DNA from: Nemertoderma westbladi
Lineage: Eukaryota > Animalia > Xenacoelomorpha
DNA length: 64,000 bases
Direction of reading: 5' to 3'
Assembly: GCA_032718475.1 (NCBI GenBank)
Contig: JAUCBJ010003249.1
Span: forward strand, 7,988 to 71,987
The first letter of the stretch is position 1; the number at the start of each line of letters is the position of its first letter. The position numbers were made by a program, and so were the translations under genes. Positions 35,301 through 50,300 of the stretch are shown here, piece by piece. Below the pieces are notes generated by a model, which saw nothing but the letters and a program-made list of their open reading frames with translations, was not told where the DNA came from and made no database searches.

Positions 35301-38300
35301 AAAGTACAGGTGGGTTGTATATGGAGTATCTCTATGGTGATAAAGTACAGGTGGGTTGTGTATGGAGTATCTCCATGGTGACAAAGTACAGGTGGGTTGT
35401 ATATGGAGTATCTCTATGGTGATAAAGTACAGGTGGGTTGTGTATGGAGTATCTCTATGGTGACAAAGTACAGGTGGGTTGTATATGGAGTATCTCTATG
35501 GTGATAAAGTACAGGTGGGTTGTATATGGAGTATCTCTATGGTGATAAAGTACAGTGGGTTGTATATGGAGTATCTCTATGGTGACAAAGTACAGTGGGT
35601 TGTATATGGAGTATCTCTATGGTGATAAAGTACAGGTGGGTTGTGTATGGAGTATCTCTATGGTGATAAAGTACAGTGGGTTGTATATGGAGTATCTCTA
35701 TGGTGATAAAGTACAGTGGGTTGTATATGGAGTATCTCTATGGTGACAAAGTACAGGTGGGTTGTATATGGAGTATCTCCATGGTGACAAAGTACAGGTG
35801 GGTTGTATATGGAGTATCTCTATGGTGATAAAGTACAGGTGGGTTGTGTATGGAGTATCTCTATGGTGATAAAGTACAGTGGGTTGTGTATGGAGTATCT
35901 CTATGGTGATAAAGTACAGTGGGTTGTATATGGAGTATCTCTATGGTGATAAAGTACAGGTGGGTTGTGTATGGAGTATCTCTATGGTGATAAAGTACAG
36001 TGGGTTGTGTATGGAGTATCTCTATGGTGATAAAGTACAGGTGGGTTGTGTATGGAGTATCTCTATGGTGATAAAGTACAGTGGGTTGTATATGGAGTAT
36101 CTCTATGGTGATAAAGTACAGTGGGTTGTATATGGAGTATCTCTATGGTGATAAAGTACAGGTGGGTTGTGTATGGAGTATCTCTATGGTGACAAAGTAC
36201 AGGTGGGTTGTATATGGAGTATCTCTATGGTGATAAAGTACAGTGGGTTGTATATGGAGTATCTCTATGGTGACAAAGTACAGGTGGGTTGTATATGGAG
36301 TATCTCTATGGTGATAAAGTACAGGTGGGTTGTGTATGGAGTATCTCTATGGTGATAAAGTACAGGTGGGTTGTATATGGAGTATCTCTATGGTGATAAA
36401 GTACAGTGGGTTGTATATGGAGTATCTCTATGGTGATAAAGTACAGTGGGTTGTATATGGAGTATCTCTATGGTGATAAAGTACAGTGGGTTGTATATGG
36501 AGTATCTCTATGGTGATAAAGTACAGTGGGTTGTATATGGAGTATCTCTATGGTGATAAAGTACAGTGGGTTGTATATGGAGTATCTCTATGGTGATAAA
36601 GTACAGGTGGGTTGTGTATGGAGTATCTCTATGGTGATAAAGTACAGTGGGTTGTATATGGAGTATCTCTATGGTGATAAAGTACAGGTGGGTTGTGTAT
36701 GGAGTATCTCTATGGTGATAAAGTACAGTGGGTTGTATATGGAGTATCTCTATGGTGATAAAGTACAGTGGGTTGTATATGGAGTATCTCTATGGTGATA
36801 AAGTACAGGTGGGTTGTGTATGGAGTATCTCTATGGTGATAAAGTACAGTGGGTTGTATATGGAGTATCTCTATGGTGATAAAGTACAGGTGGGTTGTGT
36901 ATGGAGTATCTCTATGGTGATAAAGTACAGTGGGTTGTATATGGAGTATCTCTATGGTGATAAAGTACAGGTGGGTTGTGTATGGAGTATCTCTATGGTG
37001 ATAAAGTACAGTGGGTTGTATATGGAGTATCTCTATGGTGATAAAGTACAGTGGGTTGTATATGGAGTATCTCTATGGTGATAAAGTACAGGTGGGTTGT
37101 GTATGGAGTATCTCTATGGTGATAAAGTACAGGTGGGTTGTGTATGGAGTATCTCTATGGTGACAAAGTACAGGTGGGTTGTATATGGAGTATCTCTATG
37201 GTGACAAAGTACAGTGGGTTGTGTATGGAGTATCTCTATGGTGATAAAGTACAGTGGGTTGTATATGGAGTATCTCTATGGTGATAAAGTACAGTGGGTT
37301 GTATATGGAGTATCTCTATGGTGATAAAGTACAGGTGGGTTGTATATGGAGTATCTCTATGGTGATAAAGTACAGGTGGGTTGTGTATGGAGTATCTCTA
37401 TGGTGATAAAGTACAGTGGGTTGTATATGGAGTATCTCTATGGTGATAAAGTACAGGTGGGTTGTATATGGAGTATCTCTATGGTGATAAAGTACAGGTG
37501 GGTTGTATATGGAGTATCTCTATGGTGACAAAGTACAGGTGGGTTGTATATGGAGTATCTCTATGGTGATAAAGTACAGGTGGGTTGTGTATGGAGTATC
37601 TCTATGGTGATAAAGTACAGGTGGGTTGTGTATGGAGTATCTCTATGGTGATAAAGTACAGTGGGTTGTGTATGGAGTATCTCTATGGTGATAAAGTACA
37701 GGTGGGTTGTGTATGGAGTATCTCTATGGTGATAAAGTACAGTGGGTTGTATATGGAGTATCTCTATGGTGACAAAGTACAGGTGGGTTGTATATGGAGT
37801 ATCTCTATGGTGATAAAGTACAGGTGGGTTGTGTATGGAGTATCTCTATGGTGATAAAGTACAGGTGGGTTGTGTATGGAGTATCTCTATGGTGATAAAG
37901 TACAGGTGGGTTGTGTATGGAGTATCTCTATGGTGATAAAGTACAGGTGGGTTGTATATGGAGTATCTCCATGGTGACAAAGTACAGGTGGGTTGTGTAT
38001 GGAGTATCTCTATGGTGATAAAGTACAGGTGGGTTGTGTATGGAGTATCTCTCTCTATGGTGACAAAGTACAGGTGGGTTGTATATGGAGTATCTCCATG
38101 GTGACAAAGTACAGGTGGGTTGTATATGGAGTATCTCTCTCTATGGTGACAAAGTACAGGTGGGTTGTATATGGAGTATCTCTATGGTGATAAAGTACAG
38201 GTGGGTTGTGTATGGAGTATCTCTCTCTATGGTGACAAAGTACAGGTGGGTTGTATATGGAGTATCTCCATGGTGACAAAGTACAGGTGGGTTGTGTATG

Positions 38301-41300
38301 GAGTATCTCTATGGTGACAAAGTACAGTGGGTTGTATATGGAGTATCTCTCTCTATGGTGACAAAGTACAGGTGGGTTGTATATGGAGTATCTCTCTCTA
38401 TGGTGACAAAGTACAGGTGGGTTGTATATGGAGTATCTCTATGGTGACAAAGTACAGGTGGGTTGTATATGGAGTATCTCTCTCTATGGTGACAAAGTAC
38501 AGGTGGGTTGTATATGGAGTATCTCTCTCTATGGTGACAAAGTACAGGTGGGTTGTATATGGAGTATCTCTATGGTGATAAAGTACAGGTGGGTTGTGTA
38601 TGGAGTATCTCTATGGTGACAAAGTACAGTGGGTTGTATATGGAGTATCTCTATGGTGACAAAGTACAGGTGGGTTGTATATGGAGTATCTCTATGGTGA
38701 TAAAGTACAGGTGGGTTGTATATGGAGTATCTCTCTCTATGGTGACAAAGTACAGGTGGGTTGTATATGGAGTATCTCCATGGTGACAAAGTACAGGTGG
38801 GTTGTATATGGAGTATCTCTATGGTGATAAAGTACAGGTGGGTTGTATATGGAGTATCTCTATGGTGACAAAGTACAGGTGGGTTGTATATGGAGTATCT
38901 CTATGGTGATAAAGTACAGGTGGGTTGTATATGGAGTATCTCTATGGTGATAAAGTACAGGTGGGTTGTATATGGAGTATCTCTCTCTATGGTGACAAAG
39001 TACAGGTGGGTTGTATATGGAGTATCTCCATGGTGACAAAGTACAGGTGGGTTGTATATGGAGTATCTCTATGGTGACAAAGTACAGTGGGTTGTATATG
39101 TAGTATCTCTATGGTGATAAAGTACAGGTGGGTTGTATATGGAGTATCTCTATGGTGACAAAGTACAGGTGGGTTGTATATGGAGTATCTCTATGGTGAC
39201 AAAGTACAGGTGGGTTGTATATGGAGTATCTCCATGGTGACAAAGTACAGGTGGGTTGTGTATGGAGTATCTCTATGGTGACAAAGTACAGTGGGTTGTA
39301 TATGGAGTATCTCTATGGTGACAAAGTACAGGTGGGTTGTATATGGAGTATCTCTATGGTGACAAAGTACAGTGGGTTGTATATGGAGTATCTCTCTCTA
39401 TGGTGACAAAGTACGGGTGGGTTGTATATGGAGTATCTCTATGGTGACAAAGTACAGGTGGGTTGTATATGGAGTATCTCCATGGTGACAAAGTACAGGT
39501 GGGTTGTATATGGAGTATCTCTATGGTGATAAAGTACAGGTGGGTTGTATATGGAGTATCTCTATGGTGACAAAGTACAGGTGGGTTGTATATGGAGTAT
39601 CTCCATGGTGACAAAGTACAGGTGGGTTGTATATGGAGTATCTCTCTCTATGGTGACAAAGTACAGGTGGGTTGTATATGGAGTATCTCCATGGTGACAA
39701 AGTACAGGTGGGTTGTATATGGAGTATCTCTATGGTGATAAAGTACAGGTGGGTTGTATATGGAGTATCTCTATGGTGACAAAGTACAGGTGGGTTGTAT
39801 ATGGAGTATCTCCATGGTGACAAAGTACAGGTGGGTTGTGTATGGAGTATCTCTATGGTGACAAAGTACAGTGGGTTGTATATGGAGTATCTCTATGGTG
39901 ACAAAGTACAGGTGGGTTGTATATGGAGTATCTCCATGGTGACAAAGTACAGGTGGGTTGTGTATGGAGTATCTCTATGGTGACAAAGTACAGTGGGTTG
40001 TATATGGAGTATCTCTATGGTGACAAAGTACAGTGGGTTGTATATGGAGTATCTCTATGGTGACAAAGTACAGTGGGTTGTATATGGAGTATCTCTATGG
40101 TGATAAAGTACAGGTGGGTTGTATATGGAGTATCTCTATGGTGATAAAGTACAGGTGGGTTGTATATGGAGTATCTCTATGGTGACAAAGTACAGGTGGG
40201 TTGTATATGGAGTATCTCTATGGTGACAAAGTACAGTGGGTTGTGTATGGAGTATCTCTATGGTGACAAAGTACAGTGGGTTGTATATGGAGTATCTCTC
40301 TCTATGGTGACAAAGTACAGGTGGGTTGTATATGGAGTATCTCCATGGTGACAAAGTATAGGTGGGTTGTATATGGAGTATCTCTATGGTGACAAAGTAC
40401 AGTGGGTTGTATATGGAGTATCTCTCTCTATGGTGACAAAGTACAGGTGGGTTGTATATGGAGTATCTCTCTCTATGGTGACAAAGTACAGGTGGGTTGT
40501 ATATGGAGTATCTCCATGGTGACAAAGTATAGGTGGGTTGTATATGGAGTATCTCTCTCTATGGTGACAAAGTACAGGTGGGTTGTATATGGAGTATCTC
40601 CATGGTGACAAAGTACAGTGGGTTGTATATGGAGTATCTCTCTCTATGGTGACAAAGTACAGGTGGGTTGTATATGGAGTATCTCCATGGTGACAAAGTA
40701 TAGGTGGGTTGTATATGGAGTATCTCTATGGTGATAAAGTACAGGTGGGTTGTATATGGAGTATCTCTATGGTGACAAAGTACAGGTGGGTTGTATATGG
40801 AGTATCTCTATGGTGATAAAGTACAGGTGGGTTGTGTATGGAGTATCTCTATGGTGACAAAGTACAGTGGGTTGTATATGGAGTATCTCTCTCTATGGTG
40901 ACAAAGTACAGGTGGGTTGTATATGGAGTATCTCTCTCTATGGTGACAAAGTACAGGTGGGTTGTATATGGAGTATCTCCATGGTGACAAAGTACAGTGG
41001 GTTGTATATGGAGTATCTCTCTCTATGGTGACAAAGTACAGGTGGGTTGTATATGGAGTATCTCCATGGTGACAAAGTATAGGTGGGTTGTATATGGAGT
41101 ATCTCTATGGTGATAAAGTACAGGTGGGTTGTATATGGAGTATCTCTATGGTGACAAAGTACAGGTGGGTTGTATATGGAGTATCTCTATGGTGATAAAG
41201 TACAGGTGGGTTGTATATGGAGTATCTCTATGGTGATAAAGTACAGGTGGGTTGTATATGGAGTATCTCTATGGTGACAAAGTACAGTGGGTTGTATATG

Positions 41301-44300
41301 TAGTATCTCTATGGTGATAAAGTACAGGTGGGTTGTATATGGAGTATCTCTATGGTGACAAAGTACAGGTGGGTTGTATATGGAGTATCTCTATGGTGAC
41401 AAAGTACAGGTGGGTTGTATATGGAGTATCTCCATGGTGACAAAGTACAGGTGGGTTGTGTATGGAGTATCTCTATGGTGACAAAGTACAGTGGGTTGTA
41501 TATGGAGTATCTCTATGGTGATAAAGTACAGGTGGGTTGTGTATGGAGTATCTCCATGGTGACAAAGTACAGGTGGGTTGTATATGGAGTATCTCTATGG
41601 TGATAAAGTACAGGTGGGTTGTGTATGGAGTATCTCTATGGTGACAAAGTACAGGTGGGTTGTATATGGAGTATCTCTCTCTATGGTGACAAAGTACAGG
41701 TGGGTTGTATATGGAGTATCTCTCTCTATGGTGACAAAGTACAGGTGGGTTGTATATGGAGTATCTCTATGGTGATAAAGTACAGTGGGTTGTATATGGA
41801 GTATCTCTATGGTGACAAAGTACAGGTGGGTTGTATATGGAGTATCTCTATGGTGACAAAGTACAGGTGGGTTGTATATGGAGTATCTCTATGGTGATAA
41901 AGTACAGGTGGGTTGTGTATGGAGTATCTCTATGGTGATAAAGTACAGGTGGGTTGTGTATGGAGTATCTCCTATGGTGACAAAGTACAGGTGGGTTGTA
42001 TATGGAGTATCTCTATGGTGATAAAGTACAGGTGGGTTGTGTATGGAGTATCTCTATGGTGACAAAGTACAGGTGGGTTGTATATGGAGTATCTCTCTCT
42101 ATGGTGACAAAGTACAGGTGGGTTGTATATGGAGTATCTCTCTCTATGGTGACAAAGTACAGGTGGGTTGTATATGGAGTATCTCTCTATGGTGACAAAG
42201 TACAGGTGGGTTGTATATGGAGTATCTCTCTATGGTGACAAAGTACAGGTGGGTTGTGTATGGAGTATCTCTATGGTGATAAAGTACAGGTGGGTTGTGT
42301 ATGGAGTATCTCCTATGGTGACAAAGTACAGGTGGGTTGTATATGGAGTATCTCTATGGTGATAAAGTACAGGTGGGTTGTGTATGGAGTATCTCTATGG
42401 TGACAAAGTACAGGTGGGTTGTATATGGAGTATCTCTCTCTATGGTGACAAAGTACAGGTGGGTTGTATATGGAGTATCTCTCTCTATGGTGACAAAGTA
42501 CAGTGGGTTGTATATGGAGTATCTCTATGGTGATAAAGTACAGTGGGTTGTATATGGAGTATCTCTATGGTGACAAAGTACAGGTGGGTTGTATATGGAG
42601 TATCTCTATGGTGACAAAGTACAGGTGGGTTGTATATGGAGTATCTCTATGGTGACAAAGTACAGGTGGGTTGTATATGGAGTATCTCTATGGTGACAAA
42701 GTACAGGTGGGTTGTATATGGAGTATCTCTATGGTGATAAAGTACAGTGGGTTGTATATGGAGTATCTCTATGGTGACAAAGTACAGGTGGGTTGTATAT
42801 GGAGTATCTCTATGGTGACAAAGTACAGGTGGGTTGTATATGGAGTATCTCTATGGTGACAAAGTACAGGTGGGTTGTATATGGAGTATCTCTATGGTGA
42901 TAAAGTACAGGTGGGTTGTGTATGGAGTATCTCTATGGTGACAAAGTACAGGTGGGTTGTGTATGGAGTATCTCTATGGTGACAAAGTACAGGTGGGTTG
43001 TATATGGAGTATCTCTATGGTGATAAAGTACAGGTGGGTTGTGTATGGAGTATCTCTATGGTGACAAAGTACAGGTGGGTTGTATATGGAGTATCTCTAT
43101 GGTGATAAAGTACAGGTGGGTTGTGTATGGAGTATCTCTATGGTGATAAAGTACAGGTGGGTTGTATATGGAGTATCTCTATGGTGACAAAGTACAGGTG
43201 GGTTGTATATGGAGTATCTCTATGGTGACAAAGTACAGGTGGGTTGTGTATGGAGTATCTCTATGGTGATAAAGTACAGGTGGGTTGTATATGGAGTATC
43301 TCTATGGTGATAAAGTACAGGTGGGTTGTATATGGAGTATCTCTATGGTGACAAAGTACAGGTGGGTTGTATATGGAGTATCTCTATGGTGATAAAGTAC
43401 AGGTGGGTTGTATATGGAGTATCTCTATGGTGATAAAGTACAGTGGGTTGTATATGGAGTATCTCTATGGTGATAAAGTACAGGTGGGTTGTATATGGAG
43501 TATCTCTATGGTGACAAAGTACAGTGGGTTGTATATGGAGTATCTCTATGGTGATAAAGTACAGGTGGGTTGTATATGGAGTATCTCTATGGTGATAAAG
43601 TACAGGTGGGTTGTATATGGAGTATCTCTATGGTGACAAAGTACAGTGGGTTGTATATGGAGTATCTCTATGGTGACAAAGTACAGGTGGGTTGTATATG
43701 GAGTATCTCTATGGTGACAAAGTACAGGTGGGTTGTATATGGAGTATCTCTATGGTGACAAAGTACAGGTGGGTTGTGTATGGAGTATCTCTATGGTGAT
43801 AAAGTACAGTGGGTTGTATATGGAGTATCTCTATGGTGACAAAGTACAGGTGGGTTGTATATGGAGTATCTCTATGGTGACAAAGTACAGGTGGGTTGTA
43901 TATGGAGTATCTCTATGGTGACAAAGTACAGGTGGGTTGTGTATGGAGTATCTCTATGGTGACAAAGTACAGTGGGTTGTATATGGAGTATCTCTATGGT
44001 GACAAAGTACAGGTGGGTTGTATATGGAGTATCTCTATGGTGACAAAGTACAGGTGGGTTGTGTATGGAGTATCTCTATGGTGATAAAGTACAGGTGGGT
44101 TGTATATGGAGTATCTCTATGGTGACAAAGTACAGGTGGGTTGTGTATGGAGTATCTCTATGGTGACAAAGTACAGGTGGGTTGTATATGGAGTATCTCT
44201 ATGGTGACAAAGTACAGGTGGGTTGTATATGGAGTATCTCTATGGTGACAAAGTACAGGTGGGTTGTATATGGAGTATCTCTATGGTGACAAAGTACAGG

Positions 44301-47300
44301 TGGGTTGTATATGGAGTATCTCTATGGTGACAAAGTACAGGTGGGTTGTGTATGGAGTATCTCTATGGTGACAAAGTACAGGTGGGTTGTATATGGAGTA
44401 TCTCTATGGTGACAAAGTACAGGTGGGTTGTATATGGAGTATCTCTATGGTGACAAAGTACAGGTGGGTTGTATATGGAGTATCTCTATGGTGACAAAGT
44501 ACAGGTGGGTTGTATATGGAGTATCTCTATGGTGACAAAGTACAGGTGGGTTGTGTATGGAGTATCTCTATGGTGACAAAGTACAGTGGGTTGTATATGG
44601 AGTATCTCTATGGTGACAAAGTACAGGTGGGTTGTATATGGAGTATCTCTATGGTGACAAAGTACAGGTGGGTTGTATATGGAGTATCTCTATGGTGACA
44701 AAGTACAGGTGGGTTGTATATGGAGTATCTCTATGGTGACAAAGTACAGGTGGGTTGTGTATGGAGTATCTCTATGGTGACAAAGTACAGGTGGGTTGTA
44801 TATGGAGTATCTCTATGGTGACAAAGTACAGGTGGGTTGTATATGGAGTATCTCTATGGTGACAAAGTACAGGTGGGTTGTGTATGGAGTATCTCTATGG
44901 TGACAAAGTACAGGTGGGTTGTATATGGAGTATCTCTATGGTGACAAAGTACAGGTGGGTTGTATATGGAGTATCTCTATGGTGACAAAGTACAGGTGGG
45001 TTGTGTATGGAGTATCTCTCTATGGTGACAAAGTACAGGTGGGTTGTATATGGAGTATCTCTATGGTGACAAAGTACAGGTGGGTTGTATATGGAGTATC
45101 TCTATGGTGACAAAGTACAGGTGGGTTGTATATGGAGTATCTCTATGGTGACAAAGTACAGGTGGGTTGTGTATGGAGTATCTCTATGGTGACAAAGTAC
45201 AGGTGGGTTGTATATGGAGTATCTCTATGGTGACAAAGTACAGGTGGGTTGTATATGGAGTATCTTCTATGGTGACAAAGTACAGGTGGGTTGTATATGG
45301 AGTATCTCTATGGTGACAAAGTACAGGTGGGTTGTATATGGAGTATCTCTATGGTGACAAAGTACAGGTGGGTTGTGTATGGAGTATCTCTCTCTATGGT
45401 GACAAAGTACAGGTGGGTTGTATATGGAGTATCTCTATGGTGACAAAGTACAGGTGGGTTGTGTATGGAGTATCTCCTATGGTGACAAAGTACAGGTGGG
45501 TTGTATATGGAGTATCTCTATGGTGACAAAGTACAGGTGGGTTGTATATGGAGTATCTCTCTCTATGGTGACAAAGTACAGGTGGGTTGTATATGGAGTA
45601 TCTCTATGGTGACAAAGTACAGGTGGGTTGTGTATGGAGTATCTCTATGGTGACAAAGTACAGGTGGGTTGTATATGGAGTATCTCTATGGTGACAAAGT
45701 ACAGGTGGGTTGTATATGGAGTATCTCTATGGTGACAAAGTACAGGTGGGTTGTATATGGAGTATCTCTATGGTGACAAAGTACAGGTGGGTTGTGTATG
45801 GAGTATCTCTCTCTATGGTGACAAAGTACAGGTGGGTTGTATATGGAGTATCTCTATGGTGACAAAGTACAGGTGGGTTGTATATGGAGTATCTCCTATG
45901 GTGACAAAGTACAGGTGGGTTGTATATGGAGTATCTCTATGGTGACAAAGTACAGGTGGGTTGTGTATGGAGTATCTCTCTCTATGGTGACAAAGTACAG
46001 GTGGGTTGTATATGGAGTATCTCTATGGTGACAAAGTACAGGTGGGTTGTATATGGAGTATCTCTATGGTGACAAAGTACAGGTGGGTTGTGTATGGAGT
46101 ATCTCTCTCTATGGTGACAAAGTACAGGTGGGTTGTATATGGAGTATCTCTATGGTGACAAAGTACAGGTGGGTTGTGTATGGAGTATCTCTCTCTATGG
46201 TGACAAAGTACAGGTGGGTTGTATATGGAGTATCTCTATGGTGACAAAGTACAGGTGGGTTGTATATGGAGTATCTCTATGGTGACAAAGTACAGGTGGG
46301 TTGTATATGGAGTATCTCTATGGTGACAAAGTACAGGTGGGTTGTGTATGGAGTATCTCTCTCTATGGTGACAAAGTACAGGTGGGTTGTATATGGAGTA
46401 TCTCTATGGTGACAAAGTACAGGTGGGTTGTGTATGGAGTATCTCTCTCTATGGTGACAAAGTACAGGTGGGTTGTATATGGAGTATCTCTATGGTGACA
46501 AAGTACAGGTGGGTTGTGTATGGAGTATCTCTCTCTATGGTGACAAAGTACAGGTGGGTTGTATATGGAGTATCTCTATGGTGACAAAGTACAGGTGGGT
46601 TGTGTATGGAGTATCTCTATGGTGACAAAGTACAGTGGGTTGTATATGGAGTATCTCTATGGTGACAAAGTACAGGTGGGTTGTGTATGGAGTATCTCTC
46701 TCTATGGTGACAAAGTACAGGTGGGTTGTATATGGAGTATCTCTATGGTGACAAAGTACAGGTGGGTTGTGTATGGAGTATCTCTCTCTATGGTGACAAA
46801 GTACAGGTGGGTTGTATATGGAGTATCTCTATGGTGACAAAGTACAGGTGGGTTGTATATGGAGTATCTCTATGGTGACAAAGTACAGGTGGGTTGTGTA
46901 TGGAGTATCTCTCTCTATGGTGACAAAGTACAGGTGGGTTGTATATGGAGTATCTCTATGGTGACAAAGTACAGGTGGGTTGTATATGGAGTATCTCCTC
47001 TATGGTGACAAAGTACAGGTGGGTTGTATATGGAGTATCTCTATGGTGACAAAGTACAGGTGGGTTGTATATGGAGTATCTCTATGGTGACAAAGTACAG
47101 GTGGGTTGTATATGGAGTATCTCTATGGTGACAAAGTACAGGTGGGTTGTGTATGGAGTATCTCTCTCTATGGTGACAAAGTACAGGTGGGTTGTATATG
47201 GAGTATCTCTATGGTGACAAAGTACAGGTGGGTTGTGTATGGAGTATCTCTCTCTATGGTGACAAAGTACAGGTGGGTTGTATATGGAGTATCTCTATGG

Positions 47301-50300
47301 TGACAAAGTACAGGTGGGTTGTGTATGGAGTATCTCTCTCTATGGTGACAAAGTACAGTGGGTTGTATATGGAGTATCTCTATGGTGACAAAGTACAGGT
47401 GGGTTGTATATGGAGTATCTCTATGGTGACAAAGTACAGGTGGGTTGTATATGGAGTATCTCTATGGTGACAAAGTACAGGTGGGTTGTGTATGGAGTAT
47501 CTCTCTCTATGGTGACAAAGTACAGTGGGTTGTATATGGAGTATCTCTATGGTGACAAAGTACAGGTGGGTTGTATATGGAGTATCTCTATGGTGACAAA
47601 GTACAGGTGGGTTGTGTATGGAGTATCTCTCTCTATGGTGACAAAGTACAGGTGGGTTGTATATGGAGTATCTCTATGGTGACAAAGTACAGTGGGTTGT
47701 ATATGGAGTATCTCTATGGTGACAAAGTACAGGTGGGTTGTGTATGGAGTATCTCTCTCTATGGTGACAAAGTACAGGTGGGTTGTATATGGAGTATCTC
47801 TATGGTGACAAAGTACAGGTGGGTTGTGTATGGAGTATCTCTCTCTATGGTGACAAAGTACAGGTGGGTTGTATATGGAGTATCTCTATGGTGACAAAGT
47901 ACAGGTGGGTTGTATATGGAGTATCTCTATGGTGACAAAGTACAGGTGGGTTGTGTATGGAGTATCTCTCTCTATGGTGACAAAGTACAGGTGGGTTGTA
48001 TATGGAGTATCTCTATGGTGACAAAGTACAGGTGGGTTGTATATGGAGTATCTCTATGGTGACAAAGTACAGGTGGGTTGTGTATGGAGTATCTCTCTCT
48101 ATGGTGACAAAGTACAGGTGGGTTGTATATGGAGTATCTCTATGGTGACAAAGTACAGGTGGGTTGTATATGGAGTATCTCTATGGTGACAAAGTACAGG
48201 TGGGTTGTATATGGAGTATCTCTATGGTGACAAAGTACAGGTGGGTTGTGTATGGAGTATCTCTCTCTATGGTGACAAAGTACAGTGGGTTGTATATGGA
48301 GTATCTCTATGGTGACAAAGTACAGGTGGGTTGTATATGGAGTATCTCTATGGTGACAAAGTACAGGTGGGTTGTATATGGAGTATCTCTATGGTGACAA
48401 AGTACAGGTGGGTTGTGTATGGAGTATCTCTCTCTATGGTGACAAAGTACAGTGGGTTGTATATGGAGTATCTCTATGGTGACAAAGTACAGGTGGGTTG
48501 TATATGGAGTATCTCTATGGTGACAAAGTACAGGTGGGTTGTGTATGGAGTATCTCTCTCTATGGTGACAAAGTACAGGTGGGTTGTATATGGAGTATCT
48601 CTATGGTGACAAAGTACAGGTGGGTTGTGTATGGAGTATCTCTCTCTATGGTGACAAAGTACAGTGGGTTGTATATGGAGTATCTCTATGGTGACAAAGT
48701 ACAGGTGGGTTGTATATGGAGTATCTCTATGGTGACAAAGTACAGGTGGGTTGTGTATGGAGTATCTCTCTCTATGGTGACAAAGTACAGTGGGTTGTAT
48801 ATGGAGTATCTCTATGGTGACAAAGTACAGGTGGGTTGTATATGGAGTATCTCTATGGTGACAAAGTACAGGTGGGTTGTGTATGGAGTATCTCTCTATG
48901 GTGACAAAGTACAGTGGGTTGTATATGGAGTATCTCTATGGTGACAAAGTACAGGTGGGTTGTATATGGAGTATCTCTATGGTGACAAAGTACAGGTGGG
49001 TTGTGTATGGAGTATCTCTCTCTATGGTGACAAAGTACAGGTGGGTTGTATATGGAGTATCTCTATGGTGACAAAGTACAGGTGGGTTGTATATGGAGTA
49101 TCTCTATGGTGACAAAGTACAGGTGGGTTGTGTATGGAGTACCTCTCTATGGTGACAAAGTACAGGTGGGTTGTATATGGAGTATCTCTATGGTGACAAA
49201 GTACAGGTGGGTTGTGTATGGAGTATCTCTCTCTATGGTGACAAAGTACAGTGGGTTGTATATGGAGTATCTCTATGGTGACAAAGTACAGGTGGGTTGT
49301 ATATGGAGTATCTCTATGGTGACAAAGTACAGGTGGGTTGTATATGGAGTATCTCTATGGTGACAAAGTACAGGTGGGTTGTGTATGGAGTATCTCTCTC
49401 TATGGTGACAAAGTACAGGTGGGTTGTATATGGAGTATCTCTATGGTGACAAAGTACAGGTGGGTTGTGTATGGAGTACTCTCTCTATGGTGACAAAGTA
49501 CAGGTGGGTTGTATATGGAGTATCTCTATGGTGACAAAGTACAGGTGGGTTGTGTATGGAGTATCTCTCTATGGTGACAAAGTACAGTGGGTTGTATATG
49601 GAGTATCTCTATGGTGACAAAGTACAGGTGGGTTGTATATGGAGTATCTCTATGGTGACAAAGTACAGGTGGGTTGTATATGGAGTATCTCCTCTATGGT
49701 GACAAAGTACAGTGGGTTGTATATGGAGTATCTCTATGGTGACAAAGTACAGGTGGGTTGTGTATGGAGTATCTCTCTATGGTGACAAAGTACAGGTGGG
49801 TTGTATATGGAGTATCTCTATGGTGACAAAGTACAGGTGGGTTGTGTATGGAGTATCTCTCTCTATGGTGACAAAGTACAGGTGGGTTGTATATGGAGTA
49901 TCTCTATGGTGACAAAGTACAGGTGGGTTGTATATGGAGTACTCTCTCTATGGTGACAAAGTACAGGTGGGTTGTATATGGAGTATCTCTATGGTGACAA
50001 AGTACAGGTGGGTTGTATATGGAGTATCTCTATGGTGACAAAGTACAGGTGGGTTGTATATGGAGTATCTCTATGGTGACAAAGTACAGGTGGGTTGTAT
50101 ATGGAGTATCTCTATGGTGACAAAGTACAGGTGGGTTGTATATGGAGTACTCTCTCTATGGTGACAAAGTACAGGTGGGTTGTATATGGAGTATCTCTAT
50201 GGTGACAAAGTACAGGTGGGTTGTATATGGAGTATCTCTATGGTGACAAAGTACAGGTGGGTTGTATATGGAGTATCTCTATGGTGACAAAGTACAGGTG